In this document: piece after piece, positions 9,940-21,336 of the stretch
Layout of the letters: every line of letters starts with the position of its first letter
How positions within the stretch are numbered: the stretch's first letter is position 1
NCBI RefSeq assembly: GCF_964244095.1
Contig: NZ_CAXTHR010000002.1
Coordinates: 1,645 to 65,644 of the forward strand
Length of the DNA: 64,000 nt
Source of the DNA: an uncultured Methylobacterium sp.
GTDB taxonomy: Bacteria > Pseudomonadota > Alphaproteobacteria > Rhizobiales > Beijerinckiaceae
Direction of reading: 5' to 3'
Notes under the pieces: model-generated
The model's input: only the letters and a program-made list of their open reading frames with translations
Databases searched by the model: none
Told to the model about the DNA's origin: nothing
Program-made: the position numbers and the translations under genes

Positions 9940-10659
9940 CTACGCCTTCGGCGTGCGCGCTCCGAAGATCGACGTGCCGACGCGGACATGGGTCGCGCCC
10001 ATCTGGATCGCTGCCGGATAGTCGGCGCTCATGCCCATCGAGAGGATCGGCAGGCCGTGCCGCGCGGCGATCCCGGCGAGCAGGGCGAAGTGGGCCGAGG
10101 GCGGGTCCGCGACCGGGGGCACGCACATCAGACCGTGGATCGCGAGCCCGTGGGTGCCGCGGCATTCGGCGAGCAGCACGTCGACCGCATCCGGCGCGAC
10201 GCCGCCCTTCTGCGCCTCGCCGCCGGTGTTGACCTGGATCAGGAGTTTTGGCGAACGCCCGCTCCGCGCGATCGCCTTGGCGAGCGCCTTGGCGAGCGAC
10301 GGCCGGTCCAGCGCGTGGATCACGTCGAACAGCGCGACCGCGTCTTGGGCCTTGTTCGATTGCAGCGGCCCGACGAGGTGCAGTTCCACGTCTGGGTAGC
10401 GCGCCCGGAGCGCCGGCCACTTCGCCATCGATTCCTGCACGTAGTTCTCGCCGAACAGGCGCTGGCCGGCCTCCAGCGCCGGCACGATGCTCTCCGCCGG
10501 CACCGTCTTCGACACGGCGACGAGGTGCACCCCGGCCGGATCGCGCGCGCCATCCTCGGCCGCGCGCCGGATGCCGGCCCGCACCGCGCGAAGCCCGGCG
10601 GCGACGTCGGCCTCGCCGACGGGGGGGTGGTCGGCGGGCAATGGGCTGGCGTCCGTCAT
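9940..10659 (-). CDS. yggS: YggS-family pyridoxal-phosphate homeostasis protein
   Basis: Motifs LVAVSKT (PLP lysine), FGENYVQE, HLVGPLQSNK and SMGMSADY. Start at MTDASP. Confidence 0.9.
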   Translation of the reverse strand: MTDASPLPADHPPVGEADVAAGLRAVRAGIRRAAEDGARDPAGVHLVAVSKTVPAESIVPALEAGQRLFGENYVQESMAKWPALRARYPDVELHLVGPLQSNKAQDAVALFDVIHALDRPSLAKALAKAIARSGRSPKLLIQVNTGGEAQKGGVAPDAVDVLLAECRGTHGLAIHGLMCVPPVADPPSAHFALLAGIAARHGLPILSMGMSADYPAAIQMGATHVRVGTSIFGARTPKA

Positions 10660-10814
10660 GAAGGGCTCCCGATGTCCTATGGTTGCGGGCTCTATCGGCC
10701 GGAACGCGGGCGCGCCATCGTTGACCGGTGCCCGCGCGGATATGCTAGTCCGCCCGCATCGATGCCGGCCTCGTCGCAAGCGGATTGCCGGCGCGCCTCA
10801 TATACCGAAAAGCC

Positions 10815-13415
10815 ATGACCGACAGCGCCCGCTCTCCCGCCCTCGAGCGGTACAACGCCAAGGAATCCGAGCCGCGCTGGCAGGCGGCCTGGGCGCAAGC
10901 GCGGCTGTTCGAGACCGACAACGCCGATCCGCGCCCGAAATACTACGTGCTGGAGATGTTCCCCTATCCGTCGGGGCGCATCCACATGGGCCACGTGCGC
11001 AACTACGCGATGGGCGACGTGGTGGCGCGCTACAAGCGGGCCAGGGGGTTTGCCGTGCTGCACCCGATGGGCTGGGACGCTTTCGGCCTACCGGCCGAGA
11101 ACGCGGCGATCGAGCGCAAGGTCAACCCGCGCGACTGGACCTACGCCAACATCAGGGCGATGCGCGGGCAGTTGCAGGCGATGGGCCTGTCGCTCGACTG
11201 GAGCCGCGAGATCGCGACCTGCGATCCCGATTACTACAAGCACCAGCAGCGCATGTTCCTCGACTTCCTGGGGCGCGGCCTGGTCACGCGCCGCACCGCC
11301 AAGGTGAACTGGGACCCGGTCGACCGCACCGTGCTCGCCAACGAGCAGGTGATCGACGGCCGCGGCTGGCGTTCCGGCGCGCTGGTGGAGAGCCGCGAGC
11401 TGACGCAGTGGTTCTTCAAGATCACCGACTTCGCCCAAGACCTCTACGACGCGCTGGACGGGCTGGAGCGGTGGCCGGAGAAGGTCCGGCTGATGCAGCG
11501 GAACTGGATCGGCCGCTCGCAGGGGCTGGAGGTCCGCTTCGCGCTGACGGCGGCGGTGGCCGGCTGCGGCGCGGCGATCGCCGTCTACACCACGCGGCCC
11601 GACACCCTGTTCGGCGCGAAGTTCCTGGCCATCGCCGCCGACCATCCCGTGGCGGCCGCCCTGGCGGCCTCAGCTCCCGACCTGCAGGCCTTCATCGCGG
11701 AGTGCCGCCGCATCGGCACGGCGCAGGCGGCGATCGATACGGCGGAAAAACTCGGGTTCGACACGGGTCTGAAGGTCCGCCATCCCCTCGACCCGTCCTG
11801 GACGCTGCCGGTCTACGTAGCGAACTTCGTGCTGATGGAGTACGGCACCGGCGCCGTGTTCGGCTGCCCGGCGCACGACCAGCGCGACCTCGATTTTTCC
11901 AACCGCTACGGCCTCGGCAACACAGCCGTGGTCTGCCCGGAGGGGCAGGACGCGCAGTCCTTCGTCATCACCGACACCGCCTACGACGGCGACGGGCGGA
12001 TGATCCACTCGCGCTTCCTCGACGGCATGACGACGGCGGACGCCTTCGAGGCGGTAGCGAACCGCCTCGAAGCGGAGGTGCTGTCGGGCGAGCCGGTCGC
12101 ATCGCGAAAAGTGCAGTTCCGCCTGCGCGACTGGGGCGTCTCGCGCCAACGCTACTGGGGCTGCCCGATCCCGATCATCCATTGCGGCGCCTGCGGTCCG
12201 GTGCCGGTGCCGGTGGCCGACCTGCCGGTGCGGCTGCCCGAGACGGTGTCCTTCGACGAGCCCGGCAACCCGCTGGAGCGGGACCACGCGTGGCGCGACG
12301 TCCCCTGCCCGTCCTGCGGCGCGGCGGCGCGGCGCGAGACCGACACGATGGACACCTTCGTCGACTCGTCCTGGTACTACGCCCGCTTCACCGCGCCTTG
12401 GCTCGCCGAGGCGCCGACCGACCGCGGGGCGATCGACCGCTGGCTCCCCGTCGACCAGTATATCGGCGGCATCGAGCACGCGATCCTGCACCTGCTCTAC
12501 GCGCGCTTCTTCATGCGCGCGATGCGCGAGACCGGCTGGTCGGGGACAGCCGAGCCGTTCGCAGGGCTGTTCACGCAGGGGATGGTCGTCCACGAGACCT
12601 ACAGGGACGCGGCCGGCGCCTGGGTGGCGCCGGCCGACGTGAGGCTCGCCACGGAGGGCGGCGAGCGCCGGGCGTTCCACGCGACGACGCACGCGCCGGT
12701 CGCGATCGGCGCGATCGAGAAGATGTCGAAGTCGAGGAAGAACGTCGTCGATCCCGACGACATCATCGCCTCCTTCGGCGCCGACACGGCACGCTGGTTC
12801 ATGCTCTCGGACTCGCCCCCTGAGCGCGACGTGATCTGGACGGAGGAGGGCGTGCAGGGCGCCGCCCGCTTCGTGCAGCGGGTCTGGCGGCTGGTGAACG
12901 CGGCCGCCGCGGCCGCCGGCGCAGGGAGCGCCGACGCGGCCCTGCGCAAGGCCGCGAACCGGGCGCTTTCCGCCTTCGGCGAGGACGTGGAGCGGCTGCG
13001 CTTCAACCGCTGCGTCGCCCACGTCTACACGCTCGCCAACGCCCTGGAGGAGGGTCTTCGCGCCGGCGCGGCGGAGCCGGCGGCGCGGGATGCCGCCGGC
13101 CTCCTGGTGCAGCTCATCGCGCCGATGATGCCGCACCTCGCCGAGGCCTGCTGGGAGGCGCTCGGCCGCGACGGCCTCGTGGCGCAGGCGCCCTGGCCCG
13201 ACTTCGACCCGGCGCTGCTGGTCGAGGACGCGGTCACGCTCCCCGTCCAGGTCAACGGCAGGAAGCGCGCCGACGTCACGGTGCCGCAGGACGCGGACGC
13301 CGCCGCCGTCGAGGCCCTGGTGCTGGCCGACGAAGGCGTGCGGCGGGTGCTGGAGGGGCGCAGCCCCCGGAAGGTCATCGTGGTGCCGGGGCGGATCGTG
13401 AACCTCGTGGTGTGA
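10815..13415 (+). CDS. leuS: leucine--tRNA ligase
   Basis: Contains the class I HIGH motif (PSGRIHMGH) and the KMSKS motif, with LeuS-type editing and anticodon-binding domains. About 866 aa from MTDSARS. Confidence 0.97.
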   Translation: MTDSARSPALERYNAKESEPRWQAAWAQARLFETDNADPRPKYYVLEMFPYPSGRIHMGHVRNYAMGDVVARYKRARGFAVLHPMGWDAFGLPAENAAIERKVNPRDWTYANIRAMRGQLQAMGLSLDWSREIATCDPDYYKHQQRMFLDFLGRGLVTRRTAKVNWDPVDRTVLANEQVIDGRGWRSGALVESRELTQWFFKITDFAQDLYDALDGLERWPEKVRLMQRNWIGRSQGLEVRFALTAAVAGCGAAIAVYTTRPDTLFGAKFLAIAADHPVAAALAASAPDLQAFIAECRRIGTAQAAIDTAEKLGFDTGLKVRHPLDPSWTLPVYVANFVLMEYGTGAVFGCPAHDQRDLDFSNRYGLGNTAVVCPEGQDAQSFVITDTAYDGDGRMIHSRFLDGMTTADAFEAVANRLEAEVLSGEPVASRKVQFRLRDWGVSRQRYWGCPIPIIHCGACGPVPVPVADLPVRLPETVSFDEPGNPLERDHAWRDVPCPSCGAAARRETDTMDTFVDSSWYYARFTAPWLAEAPTDRGAIDRWLPVDQYIGGIEHAILHLLYARFFMRAMRETGWSGTAEPFAGLFTQGMVVHETYRDAAGAWVAPADVRLATEGGERRAFHATTHAPVAIGAIEKMSKSRKNVVDPDDIIASFGADTARWFMLSDSPPERDVIWTEEGVQGAARFVQRVWRLVNAAAAAAGAGSADAALRKAANRALSAFGEDVERLRFNRCVAHVYTLANALEEGLRAGAAEPAARDAAGLLVQLIAPMMPHLAEACWEALGRDGLVAQAPWPDFDPALLVEDAVTLPVQVNGRKRADVTVPQDADAAAVEALVLADEGVRRVLEGRSPRKVIVVPGRIVNLVV

Positions 13416-13441
13416 GGGGCGATCGCAGTCCGAGGCGCGGG

Positions 13442-13469
13442 TTCCCTCCCCCCTCTGCGGGGGAGGGAC
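13442..13469. repeat. solo terminal-hairpin module of the intergenic element family (S1)
   Basis: TTCCCTCCCCCCTCTGCGGGGGAGGGAC: CCCTCCCCC / GGGGGAGGG arms. It lies between the convergent leuS and batD genes. Confidence 0.7.
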
Positions 13470-13495
13470 GAGGCGGCTCGCTTTACCTGAAACGC

Positions 13496-14916
<1,421 letters not shown>

Positions 14917-14923
<7 letters not shown>

Positions 14924-15861
14924 GGGTTGCTCCCGGCGGGCATGCTGGTCCCGGCCTCGATGCGGCGGGTCTGCTCGGCCTTGAGGCGGAGCTTGAGGAA
15001 GCGGCCGGGGTCGTCCGGCAAGGTCTGGAGCCAGAGCCGGTCGGGGCGGATCTCGTGGGCCTCGAAGCTCTTGGTGACGCGGCGGACCTCCTGCTCGGGG
15101 GCCTCGGCCACCATCGCCGAGCCGCCGCCGGTGCGCCCGCGCCCGGCGGCGTCGCCCGCCGAGCCGCGGGCCTCGCCGCGGCCGGACTCGACCGTCTGCT
15201 GCTCGGCACGCCCGCGGCGCGCGACCTTGCTGTTGCCGGGGATCGAGGCCGACGAACTCGCCTCGCGGTTGCCGGCCAGCCCCTCGCCGCTGGAATTGGC
15301 CTGGACGGTGTCGTCCTTCTCCTGGTTGGCCGTGTTGTTGTAGCGGGCGCCGTACTGCGCCGAGCCGTTGGCGGTGCCGCCGCCCTTGCCACGGTCGATC
15401 GCCTCCGCGACGAGCTTGGCCAGGAGCGAGCGGTTGGCCTGCGCGTCGGCGTCGCGCGGGTTGAACTGGAGCGCCGCGTCGTAGGCCGCGATCGCGCCCG
15501 CGTAGTCGCCCATCCGCGCGAGCGCGTTGCCGAGGTTGTACGCGTTGCGCCGCCCGCCGTTACGGAACAGCGCCGCCGCCGCTTCGTAGCGCCCGGCCGC
15601 GTAGAGCGCGGGCCCGAGCCACGCGGGCTCGTCGAGCACGGCGACGGCGAGCGACGGCAGGCCGATCCCCATCAGCAGGCGCCCGAGGCCGGTGCGCGGC
15701 TGGGAGACCAGGGCGAGCGCGAGGAGGCCGGCGCCGGCGAGCGCCATTCCCCCGATCTGCGCCCAAAGCCGCCAGCGGCGGGAGAGGGCGGCGCGCAGCG
15801 GCATCGCCGCCGCGGAGAGGGCGTGCATCGACAGGGCCTGCATCGTCACGCGCTCCATCAT
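14917..15861 (-). CDS. TPR-repeat membrane protein (BatC-like)
   Basis: Its ATG overlaps the batB-like stop (TGATG). It has N-terminal TM segments and a TPR region (YNLGNALARMGDYAGAIAAYDAALQFNPRDADA). Confidence 0.7.
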
Positions 15862-16790
15862 CACGCGCTCCTGCGGAACAGGATCAGGGCGGGCACCATC
15901 GCGAGGAGCAGGAGCCAGCGGCCGAGGTCGGCGAAGGCGAGCACGGTGTAGCCGCCGGCCGCGAGGTGCTGCGCGGTGCTGGCGCCGACCGCGTCGAGGA
16001 CCGGCGCGGGGCTCGCCAGGTCGGCCGCCGTGCCGCCCCCGGCCGCGACGACCTGGTCCAGCGCCGCGCGGTCGGGCTTCGGCGCGCCGGCTGGCAGGGA
16101 CACCTGGGCGGGCACGAACAGGCCCTGCAGGCGCCAGCCCTGTTCCCGGATGGCGCGGGCCTCGCGAAGGGCCGCCTCGCCGATGCCGTCGCCGTCGGTG
16201 ATCAGCACCACGTCGGCGGCGACGACCCCGGCCTCGCCGAGCGTCCGGCGGGCGAGCGCCAGCCCGCGTTCCGGGTGGCTGCCGCGGTCGGGCACGGTGT
16301 CGGCATCGAGCGCGAACAGGGTCGTGCCGAAGCTGTCGCGGTCGGTGGTCGGCGGCACCGCGAGGTAGGCGTCGCCCGCGTAGACCACGAGCGCCACGGA
16401 GCGCGTGCCCGCGGCCTCGGCGACACCTTGCGCCGTCTGGCGCAGGTCCTTGAGACCGCCGCCCTCCGTGACCGAGCGCGACAGGTCGGCGACGATCACC
16501 GTGGCGTCGAGGTTGCGGAAGGTCGCCGCGTCCTTGCGCTCCACCGCCGGGCCGGTGAGCGCGAGCGCAACGAGGCCGGCGGCGACCGCGGCCGCGAGGT
16601 TCGCCTGCCGCCGTCCGCCGAGCACCGCCCCGCGCCGCGCCATCAGCGCCATCAGCGCCGGATCGACCGCCTTCGCCCAGTCCCCGAGCGGCGCCGCGCG
16701 CGAGGCGGCACGCAGGGCGAGCAGGGCGATGACCGGCACCGCGAGCAGCCACCACGGCCGCAGCAGGGCGTAGGCGTCGAGCCCGCTCAT
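15861..16790 (-). CDS. VWA-domain membrane protein (BatB-like)
   Basis: Start at MSGLDAYALLRPWW. It has an N-terminal TM segment, a VWA-like core (TVIVADLSRS...VLITDGDG) and a C-terminal TM segment. Confidence 0.8.
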   Translation of the reverse strand: MSGLDAYALLRPWWLLAVPVIALLALRAASRAAPLGDWAKAVDPALMALMARRGAVLGGRRQANLAAAVAAGLVALALTGPAVERKDAATFRNLDATVIVADLSRSVTEGGGLKDLRQTAQGVAEAAGTRSVALVVYAGDAYLAVPPTTDRDSFGTTLFALDADTVPDRGSHPERGLALARRTLGEAGVVAADVVLITDGDGIGEAALREARAIREQGWRLQGLFVPAQVSLPAGAPKPDRAALDQVVAAGGGTAADLASPAPVLDAVGASTAQHLAAGGYTVLAFADLGRWLLLLAMVPALILFRRSA

Positions 16791-16902
16791 CGGCCGGCTC
16801 CGCGAGCAGGATACGCGCGGTCGCCGGCCGAAACGCGGGTCCCCTTCCCCTTCTGCGGGCCGGCGGATGCACACACCTCCCGACGCGCTCGGATGAGGCA
16901 CG

Positions 16903-17110
16903 GATTCCCTCGCCCCGCCTGCGGGGAGAGGCTCGGCTGCACCCCGCCGTGCAGCCGGGAAGCGCAGGCGAAGCCGAAGCGGCGGTGAGGGGACGGTTCC
17001 GGACGAGACCTATCCGGTATCGCCCCCTCACCGTCGGCTGCCGCCTCGCCGCGCCGACGACGGGGTCGTCGCGGCCCTCTCCCCGCAGGCGGGGCGAGGG
17101 GATGCGCGGC
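16903..17110 (+). repeat. family B nested-palindrome element, copy B1 (about 205 bp)
   Basis: It has the same architecture and about 85-90% of the sequence (by eye) of the copies at 40158, 43610 (inverted) and 47177. The terminal inverted repeats are CCCTCGCCCCGCCTGCGGGGAGAGG / CCTCTCCCCGCAGGCGGGGCGAGGG. Confidence 0.85.
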
Positions 17111-17253
17111 CGGCGACGCGGCAAGCGCCAAGATGTGTGAATCCGGTAGCCCGCAGAGCGGGAAGGACTGCGCGTCGGTCGAAGTGCTGATGTCTGAAGC
17201 GTCGGAAGGCCGTCGAGGAAGCCAGACGCGGGCGGCGGGACGATCGGTCCTCA

Positions 17254-18273
17254 TCACCGCCTCCGCGAGGCGAGCAGCAGGGCGGCGCAGGCGAAGGCGA
17301 GCGTCGCCGGCCAGGGCCAGAGGTCGCGGCGCAGCGGCAGCGGCGGCGCCTTGGCGCGGCCGCCCTCGAGGGCGTCGATCGCGTCGGCCACCGCGATCAG
17401 GTCCGCGGTGGTCTTCACGCGGAACGCCGTCCCGCCGCTGAGGCGCGCCATCTCGCGCAGGGTCTCGGTGTCGACCACATCCTGCTCGCCGTCGGCGTCG
17501 GCCATGTCGCGGGGGCCGAGCGCGATGGTGTGGACTCTGATCCCGAGTTCGGCGGCCAGCGCCGCCACGTCCTTCGGCGTGGTCTGGCCGGCGTTGTTGG
17601 CGCCGTCCGAGAGCAGGATCACCGCCTTCGAGGACGCCGCCGGCCGGCCGGGACCGGTGTCCGCATCCTTCGGGTCGAGCCGGCGCAAAGCCAGCCCGAG
17701 GCCGTCGCCGATGCCGGTGGAGCGGCCGACGAGGCCGATGGTCGCCTCCTCCAGCGCGCGGGCGACGCTCGCGGTGTCGAAGGTGAGGCTGGCCGCCACG
17801 TAGGCTTGGTCGGCGAAGATCACGAGGCCGATGCGGTCGCCGGCCCGCCGCCGGATGAAGTCGGCGCCGACGCGCTTGACCGCGACGAGGCGGTTCACGG
17901 TCTCGCCGTCCAGCGCGAAGTCGCGCCGCTCCATCGAGCCGGAGAGGTCCATGGCGAGCATGATCTCGCGGCCCGATGCCGGCAGCGCGGTCGCGGGCAG
18001 GACGAGGCGGGGGCCGCTGAGCGCGACGACGAGGGCGGCCCACAGCGTCCAGATCGCCCAGGTGCGGCGCCGGCCGCGCGCCGCGACCTCGGCACCGGCC
18101 TGCGACTGCGCCACCAGGGAGGCCGGGACCCGCAGCGCCCCGCTGCCGCCCGCGGCCTCGGCCGGGATCAGCCTTCGGGCGAGCAGCGGCAGCGGCAGCA
18201 GCACCAGCGCGACCGGCGCGGCGAGATCGAACGCGGAGGCAAGCGCCGTGCCCCAGGCCGGGAGCCAGGTCAC
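17254..18273 (-). CDS. VWA-domain membrane protein (BatA-like)
   Basis: Its GTG start overlaps the DUF4381 stop (GTGA). It contains the MIDAS motif DLSGSM, LLSDGANN, and N- and C-terminal TM segments. Confidence 0.8.
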   Translation of the reverse strand: MTWLPAWGTALASAFDLAAPVALVLLPLPLLARRLIPAEAAGGSGALRVPASLVAQSQAGAEVAARGRRRTWAIWTLWAALVVALSGPRLVLPATALPASGREIMLAMDLSGSMERRDFALDGETVNRLVAVKRVGADFIRRRAGDRIGLVIFADQAYVAASLTFDTASVARALEEATIGLVGRSTGIGDGLGLALRRLDPKDADTGPGRPAASSKAVILLSDGANNAGQTTPKDVAALAAELGIRVHTIALGPRDMADADGEQDVVDTETLREMARLSGGTAFRVKTTADLIAVADAIDALEGGRAKAPPLPLRRDLWPWPATLAFACAALLLASRRR

Positions 18274-18731
18274 GCCTTGATCCGCCCGATCAGGCGGCCG
18301 AGCTCGGTGTCGAGCGCCGCCGGATCGGCCACGGGTCGGCGATACAGCCCGTCCACGAGGCCGCCGCCGGCACCCGCCGTGAAGAAGGTGGTCGCGAACA
18401 GCCTGTCGAGCCTTCCGGCCCAGGCCGATCCTCGCGCGGCGGCGGCCTCCTCGCCCTGAAGCGTGCGGGCGACCCGGCGCAGCAGCCGCGCCTGCGCCAC
18501 GCGCCGCGCCTCCGGCTCCAGCGCGCCGGCGGCGGCCAGTTCGCGCAGGGCCGCGCGGCGGATCGTGGCGCGGGCGCGCACGCGCAGGTAGCGCACGAGC
18601 CCGACGAGCAGCGCGGCGGCGAAACCGAGCAGGATCGCGGCCACGACCGGCCCGGAGATCGCGCCAGCGGCATCGCCGGGCAGGTGCAGGCCGCGGAGGG
18701 ATTCGAGGGTGGGCGCGTCGGTGGGGTTCAT
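18270..18731 (-). CDS. DUF4381-like small membrane protein
   Basis: Start at MNPTDAP, with one TM segment (VVAAILLGFAAALLVGLV). Its position between the DUF58 and VWA genes is typical of Bat/MoxR operons. Confidence 0.65.
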   Translation of the reverse strand: MNPTDAPTLESLRGLHLPGDAAGAISGPVVAAILLGFAAALLVGLVRYLRVRARATIRRAALRELAAAGALEPEARRVAQARLLRRVARTLQGEEAAAARGSAWAGRLDRLFATTFFTAGAGGGLVDGLYRRPVADPAALDTELGRLIGRIKA

Positions 18732-18754
18732 GGGGTGCGGACGGCCTGCGGGCG

Positions 18755-18964
18755 CGGCGCCCTCCCCCCTCTGCGGGAGCGGGTGGGCCTCGCGTCGGCG
18801 AGGGTCGGGAGAGGGGAGCGCCGCATCCGGACAGCGGGCTTCCCTCTCCCGACTTGGCTCGCGGGCCACCCTCTCCCCCGCACAAGTCGGGCTTGCCCGA
18901 CTTGTGCTGCGGAAATACTGATCTCGGGCAAGCCCGAGATCAGTCGGGGCGAGGGAAGGTGCGC
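18755..18964. repeat. family A element, copy A2, with a nested insertion of about 65 bp
   Basis: The left arm and core are nearly identical to A1. The right terminal hairpin is interrupted by two perfect 26-bp palindromes. Confidence 0.8.
18881..18943. repeat. two perfect 26-bp palindromes sharing a TCGGGC-NN-GCCCGA core
   Basis: CACAAGTCGGGC-TT-GCCCGACTTGTG (18881-18906) and CTGATCTCGGGC-AA-GCCCGAGATCAG (18918-18943), separated by the locally AT-rich CTGCGGAAATA. Confidence 0.85.
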
Positions 18965-18968
18965 TTGG

Positions 18969-19904
18969 TCACAGCACCGCATCGAGCCGCTCCATCAGCG
19001 GTGCGTAGGCTTCCGGGCCGGCCTCGACGTCGAGGCGCAGGCCCGCGATGCCGCGGCGGGCGTAGTCGGCGAGCCGCTCGTCGGCGGCCGGCCGCCCGGC
19101 CTCGGCGGCCGAGCGGCCGGCCTGGACGGTGCCGCGGCGGCCGTCGGCCAGCGCGAAGGGGTAGAAGCCCGGCGGCCGCGTCCGCTCGAAGGCGTCGCTC
19201 ACCAGAATCAGGCGGATCGAGAGGCGCTCGGCCAAGAGCGTCAGCAGGCGGTCGAAATCCGCGCCGGGGGTATCGAGCGCGCTGGCGATGACGAGGTGGC
19301 CGCCCGACGGCAGCAGGCTGCGGGCCAGCGTCAGCAGAGCGTCCAGCGGCGGATCGGCGGCGGCGGGCGCGGCGAGGGCGCGGGCGTGCGCGGCCGCGAG
19401 CGCGCCCGTCACCGCGGTCATCGCGCGCTCGGCACCGGCCGGGCGCAAAGCCGTCGGCTCGGTGCCGCCCGCGACGACGAGGCCGACGCGGCCGCCATCG
19501 CCGACGATGCGCCAGCCGAGCAGCGCCAGCGCCTCGGCCGCCGCCACCGAGCGCAGCGCCCGGCGGGTGCCGAACAGCATCGAGGGCCGGAAGTCGGCGA
19601 GCAGCACCACCGCGCGGTCGCGCTCGTCGTGATGGGTGCGGACGTGCAGGATGCCGGTGCGGGCGGTGCTGTTGCGGTCGATGTGGCGCCGGTCGTCGCC
19701 CTCCGACCACAGGCGCACGTCGTCGGGCTCGGAGCCGCGCCCGCGCCGCCGGGTCACGATCCCGCCGGGCAGTCCCGCCAGCGTCCGGGTCGCCGGCGAG
19801 ACCCCGCGGCGGGCGAGGTGGCGCAGCCCCATCAGCGCCGCGCCGGAGAGGTGCAGGCCGGGGTCGGTATCGGGCGCGGCGGAGGCGGTCATGCCGGCGG
19901 CCAT
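18969..19904 (-). CDS. DUF58-domain protein
   Basis: Contains the DUF58 core (RRRGRGSEPDDVRLWSEGDDRRHIDRNSTARTG) and a VWA-like C-terminal half. It lies directly downstream of the MoxR ATPase gene. An alternative ATG is at 19892. Confidence 0.85.
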   Translation of the reverse strand: MAAGMTASAAPDTDPGLHLSGAALMGLRHLARRGVSPATRTLAGLPGGIVTRRRGRGSEPDDVRLWSEGDDRRHIDRNSTARTGILHVRTHHDERDRAVVLLADFRPSMLFGTRRALRSVAAAEALALLGWRIVGDGGRVGLVVAGGTEPTALRPAGAERAMTAVTGALAAAHARALAAPAAADPPLDALLTLARSLLPSGGHLVIASALDTPGADFDRLLTLLAERLSIRLILVSDAFERTRPPGFYPFALADGRRGTVQAGRSAAEAGRPAADERLADYARRGIAGLRLDVEAGPEAYAPLMERLDAVL

Positions 19905-20055
19905 GCGCTCCCCCTCCCCCCTCTACGGGGGATGGTGGGCCTCGCGTCGGCGAGGGTCGGGAGAGGGGAGCGCCGCATCTGGACAGAGCGCTCCCCTCTC
20001 CCGACCCGCTTCGCGGGCCACCCTCCCCCGCAGAGGGGGGAGGGGGCGTCTGCGC
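19905..20055. repeat. family A element, copy A1 (about 150 bp)
   Basis: Two inverted arms of about 65 bp (GCGCTCCCCCTCCCCCCTCTACGGGGGATGGTGGGCCTCGCGTCGGCGAGGGTCGGGAGAGGGGAGCGC and its imperfect mirror) flank a short centre. It fills the moxR-DUF58 gap. Confidence 0.85.
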
Positions 20056-20079
20056 TCGTTAAGCCCCTGCCTCTCACCC

Positions 20080-21111
20080 TCAGAGCGCCCGCACCCGCTG
20101 CACCAGCCCGGCGACGATGCCGCGGGTGGTCAGGTCCTCGGCCGCCGCGCGCCAAGTCAGGCCGATGCGGTGCGCGAGCGCGTCGGCGGCCAGTTCCGAG
20201 ACGTCCTCGGGGATCACGTGGTCGCGGCCGCGCAGGTAGGCCCGCGCCTTGCCCGCCATCATCAGGGCGAGCGTGCCGCGAGGCGAGGCCGGGTGCTCGA
20301 TCGCCGCGCGGAGGTCGGGCGCTGCCGCATCCGTGCGGGTCGCGGCGACGAGGCGCACGAGGTAGTCCTTCAGCGCCGGAGAGACGTAGGTCTTCAGCGC
20401 GGCCTCCCGCGCCGCCAGGATCTCGGCGAGCCCGAGCTTCACCGGCATCGCCTCGGCGTGGTGGTTCAGTTCGCCCTCGACGAGGTCGAGGATCTTCCGC
20501 TCGGCGGCCTCGTCCGGCATGCCGACGACGACGTGCAGCAGGAAGCGGTCGAGCTGCGCCTCCGGCAGGGGAAAAGTGCCAGCATGCTCGATCGGGTTCT
20601 GGGTCGCCACAACCATGAACGGGTCGGGCAGCGGATGGGTGTGGCCGGCGACCGTGATCTGGCCCTCCGCCATCGCTTCGAGCAGGGCCGACTGCACCTT
20701 GGGCGGGGCGCGGTTGACCTCGTCCACGAGGATCAGCGAATGGAACAGGGGGCCGGGCAGGAACTCGAAGGTGCCGGCATCCTGGCGCCACACCGTGGTG
20801 CCGGTCAGGTCGGCCGGCATCAGGTCCGGCGTGCACTGGATGCGCGCGAACGAGCCGTCGAGGCCGTCGGCGAGGCGCTTGACCGCGCGGGTCTTGGCCA
20901 GCCCCGGCGCGCCCTCGATCAGCAGGTGGCCGCCGGTGAGCAGCCCGATCAGCAGGCGCTCGACCAAGCCCTCGCAGCCGATCAGGCCGTGCTCCAGCCC
21001 GGCGCGCAGGTCGAGGATGCGGGCGCGCAGGGTGGCCGCCCGAGGATCGGCTGAGGGATCGGGCGTCGGACCGCCGGACGCCGGACGCTCGGCGAGCGCG
21101 GCGCCGCTCAT
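20080..21111 (-). CDS. MoxR-family AAA+ ATPase
   Basis: Start at MSGAALAE. Contains Walker A GAPGLAKT, Walker B LILVDEVNRA and the MoxR signature VVATQNPIE..GTFPLPEAQLDRF. Confidence 0.92.
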   Translation of the reverse strand: MSGAALAERPASGGPTPDPSADPRAATLRARILDLRAGLEHGLIGCEGLVERLLIGLLTGGHLLIEGAPGLAKTRAVKRLADGLDGSFARIQCTPDLMPADLTGTTVWRQDAGTFEFLPGPLFHSLILVDEVNRAPPKVQSALLEAMAEGQITVAGHTHPLPDPFMVVATQNPIEHAGTFPLPEAQLDRFLLHVVVGMPDEAAERKILDLVEGELNHHAEAMPVKLGLAEILAAREAALKTYVSPALKDYLVRLVAATRTDAAAPDLRAAIEHPASPRGTLALMMAGKARAYLRGRDHVIPEDVSELAADALAHRIGLTWRAAAEDLTTRGIVAGLVQRVRAL

Positions 21112-21164
21112 GCGCGGGACGACCCGGCCGGCGGGAAGAGAGCCTTCATCCTGCACGTCTCCTC

Positions 21165-21186
21165 GTAGACTTGCCGTGTAGACTTG
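21165..21186. promoter_or_regulatory. perfect 9-bp direct repeat GTAGACTTG x2 (13-bp period) in the divergent moxR/mgtC promoter region
   Basis: Read directly: cGTAGACTTGccgtGTAGACTTGtc. It is locally AT-richer than its surroundings. Its function is unknown. Confidence 0.3.
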
Positions 21187-21336
21187 TCGTCGGACCCGGA
21201 TTCTTGGGCGATCCGGTGCCCTGCCCGTGTGCCCGCTGCCCGGGGCACCCGTCAATCCCGCCCGCGGGCGGTGCGCACCTCGGGCGTCCGAGGCGGCGTC
21301 ACGCAACCGTCACGCACGGGCGCGTAGGGAGGCGCG

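Noticed and set aside
16903-17110. ORFs that translate the repeat elements (recurring peptides such as PSPRLRGEGRDD..VVGAARRQPTVRG or SPLPAGERG), as if they were a conserved protein family.
   Set aside because: The same DNA occurs in both orientations and in different frames, is built from nested palindromes, and lies between genes. The peptide similarity is a by-product of DNA repeats, not evidence of coding.
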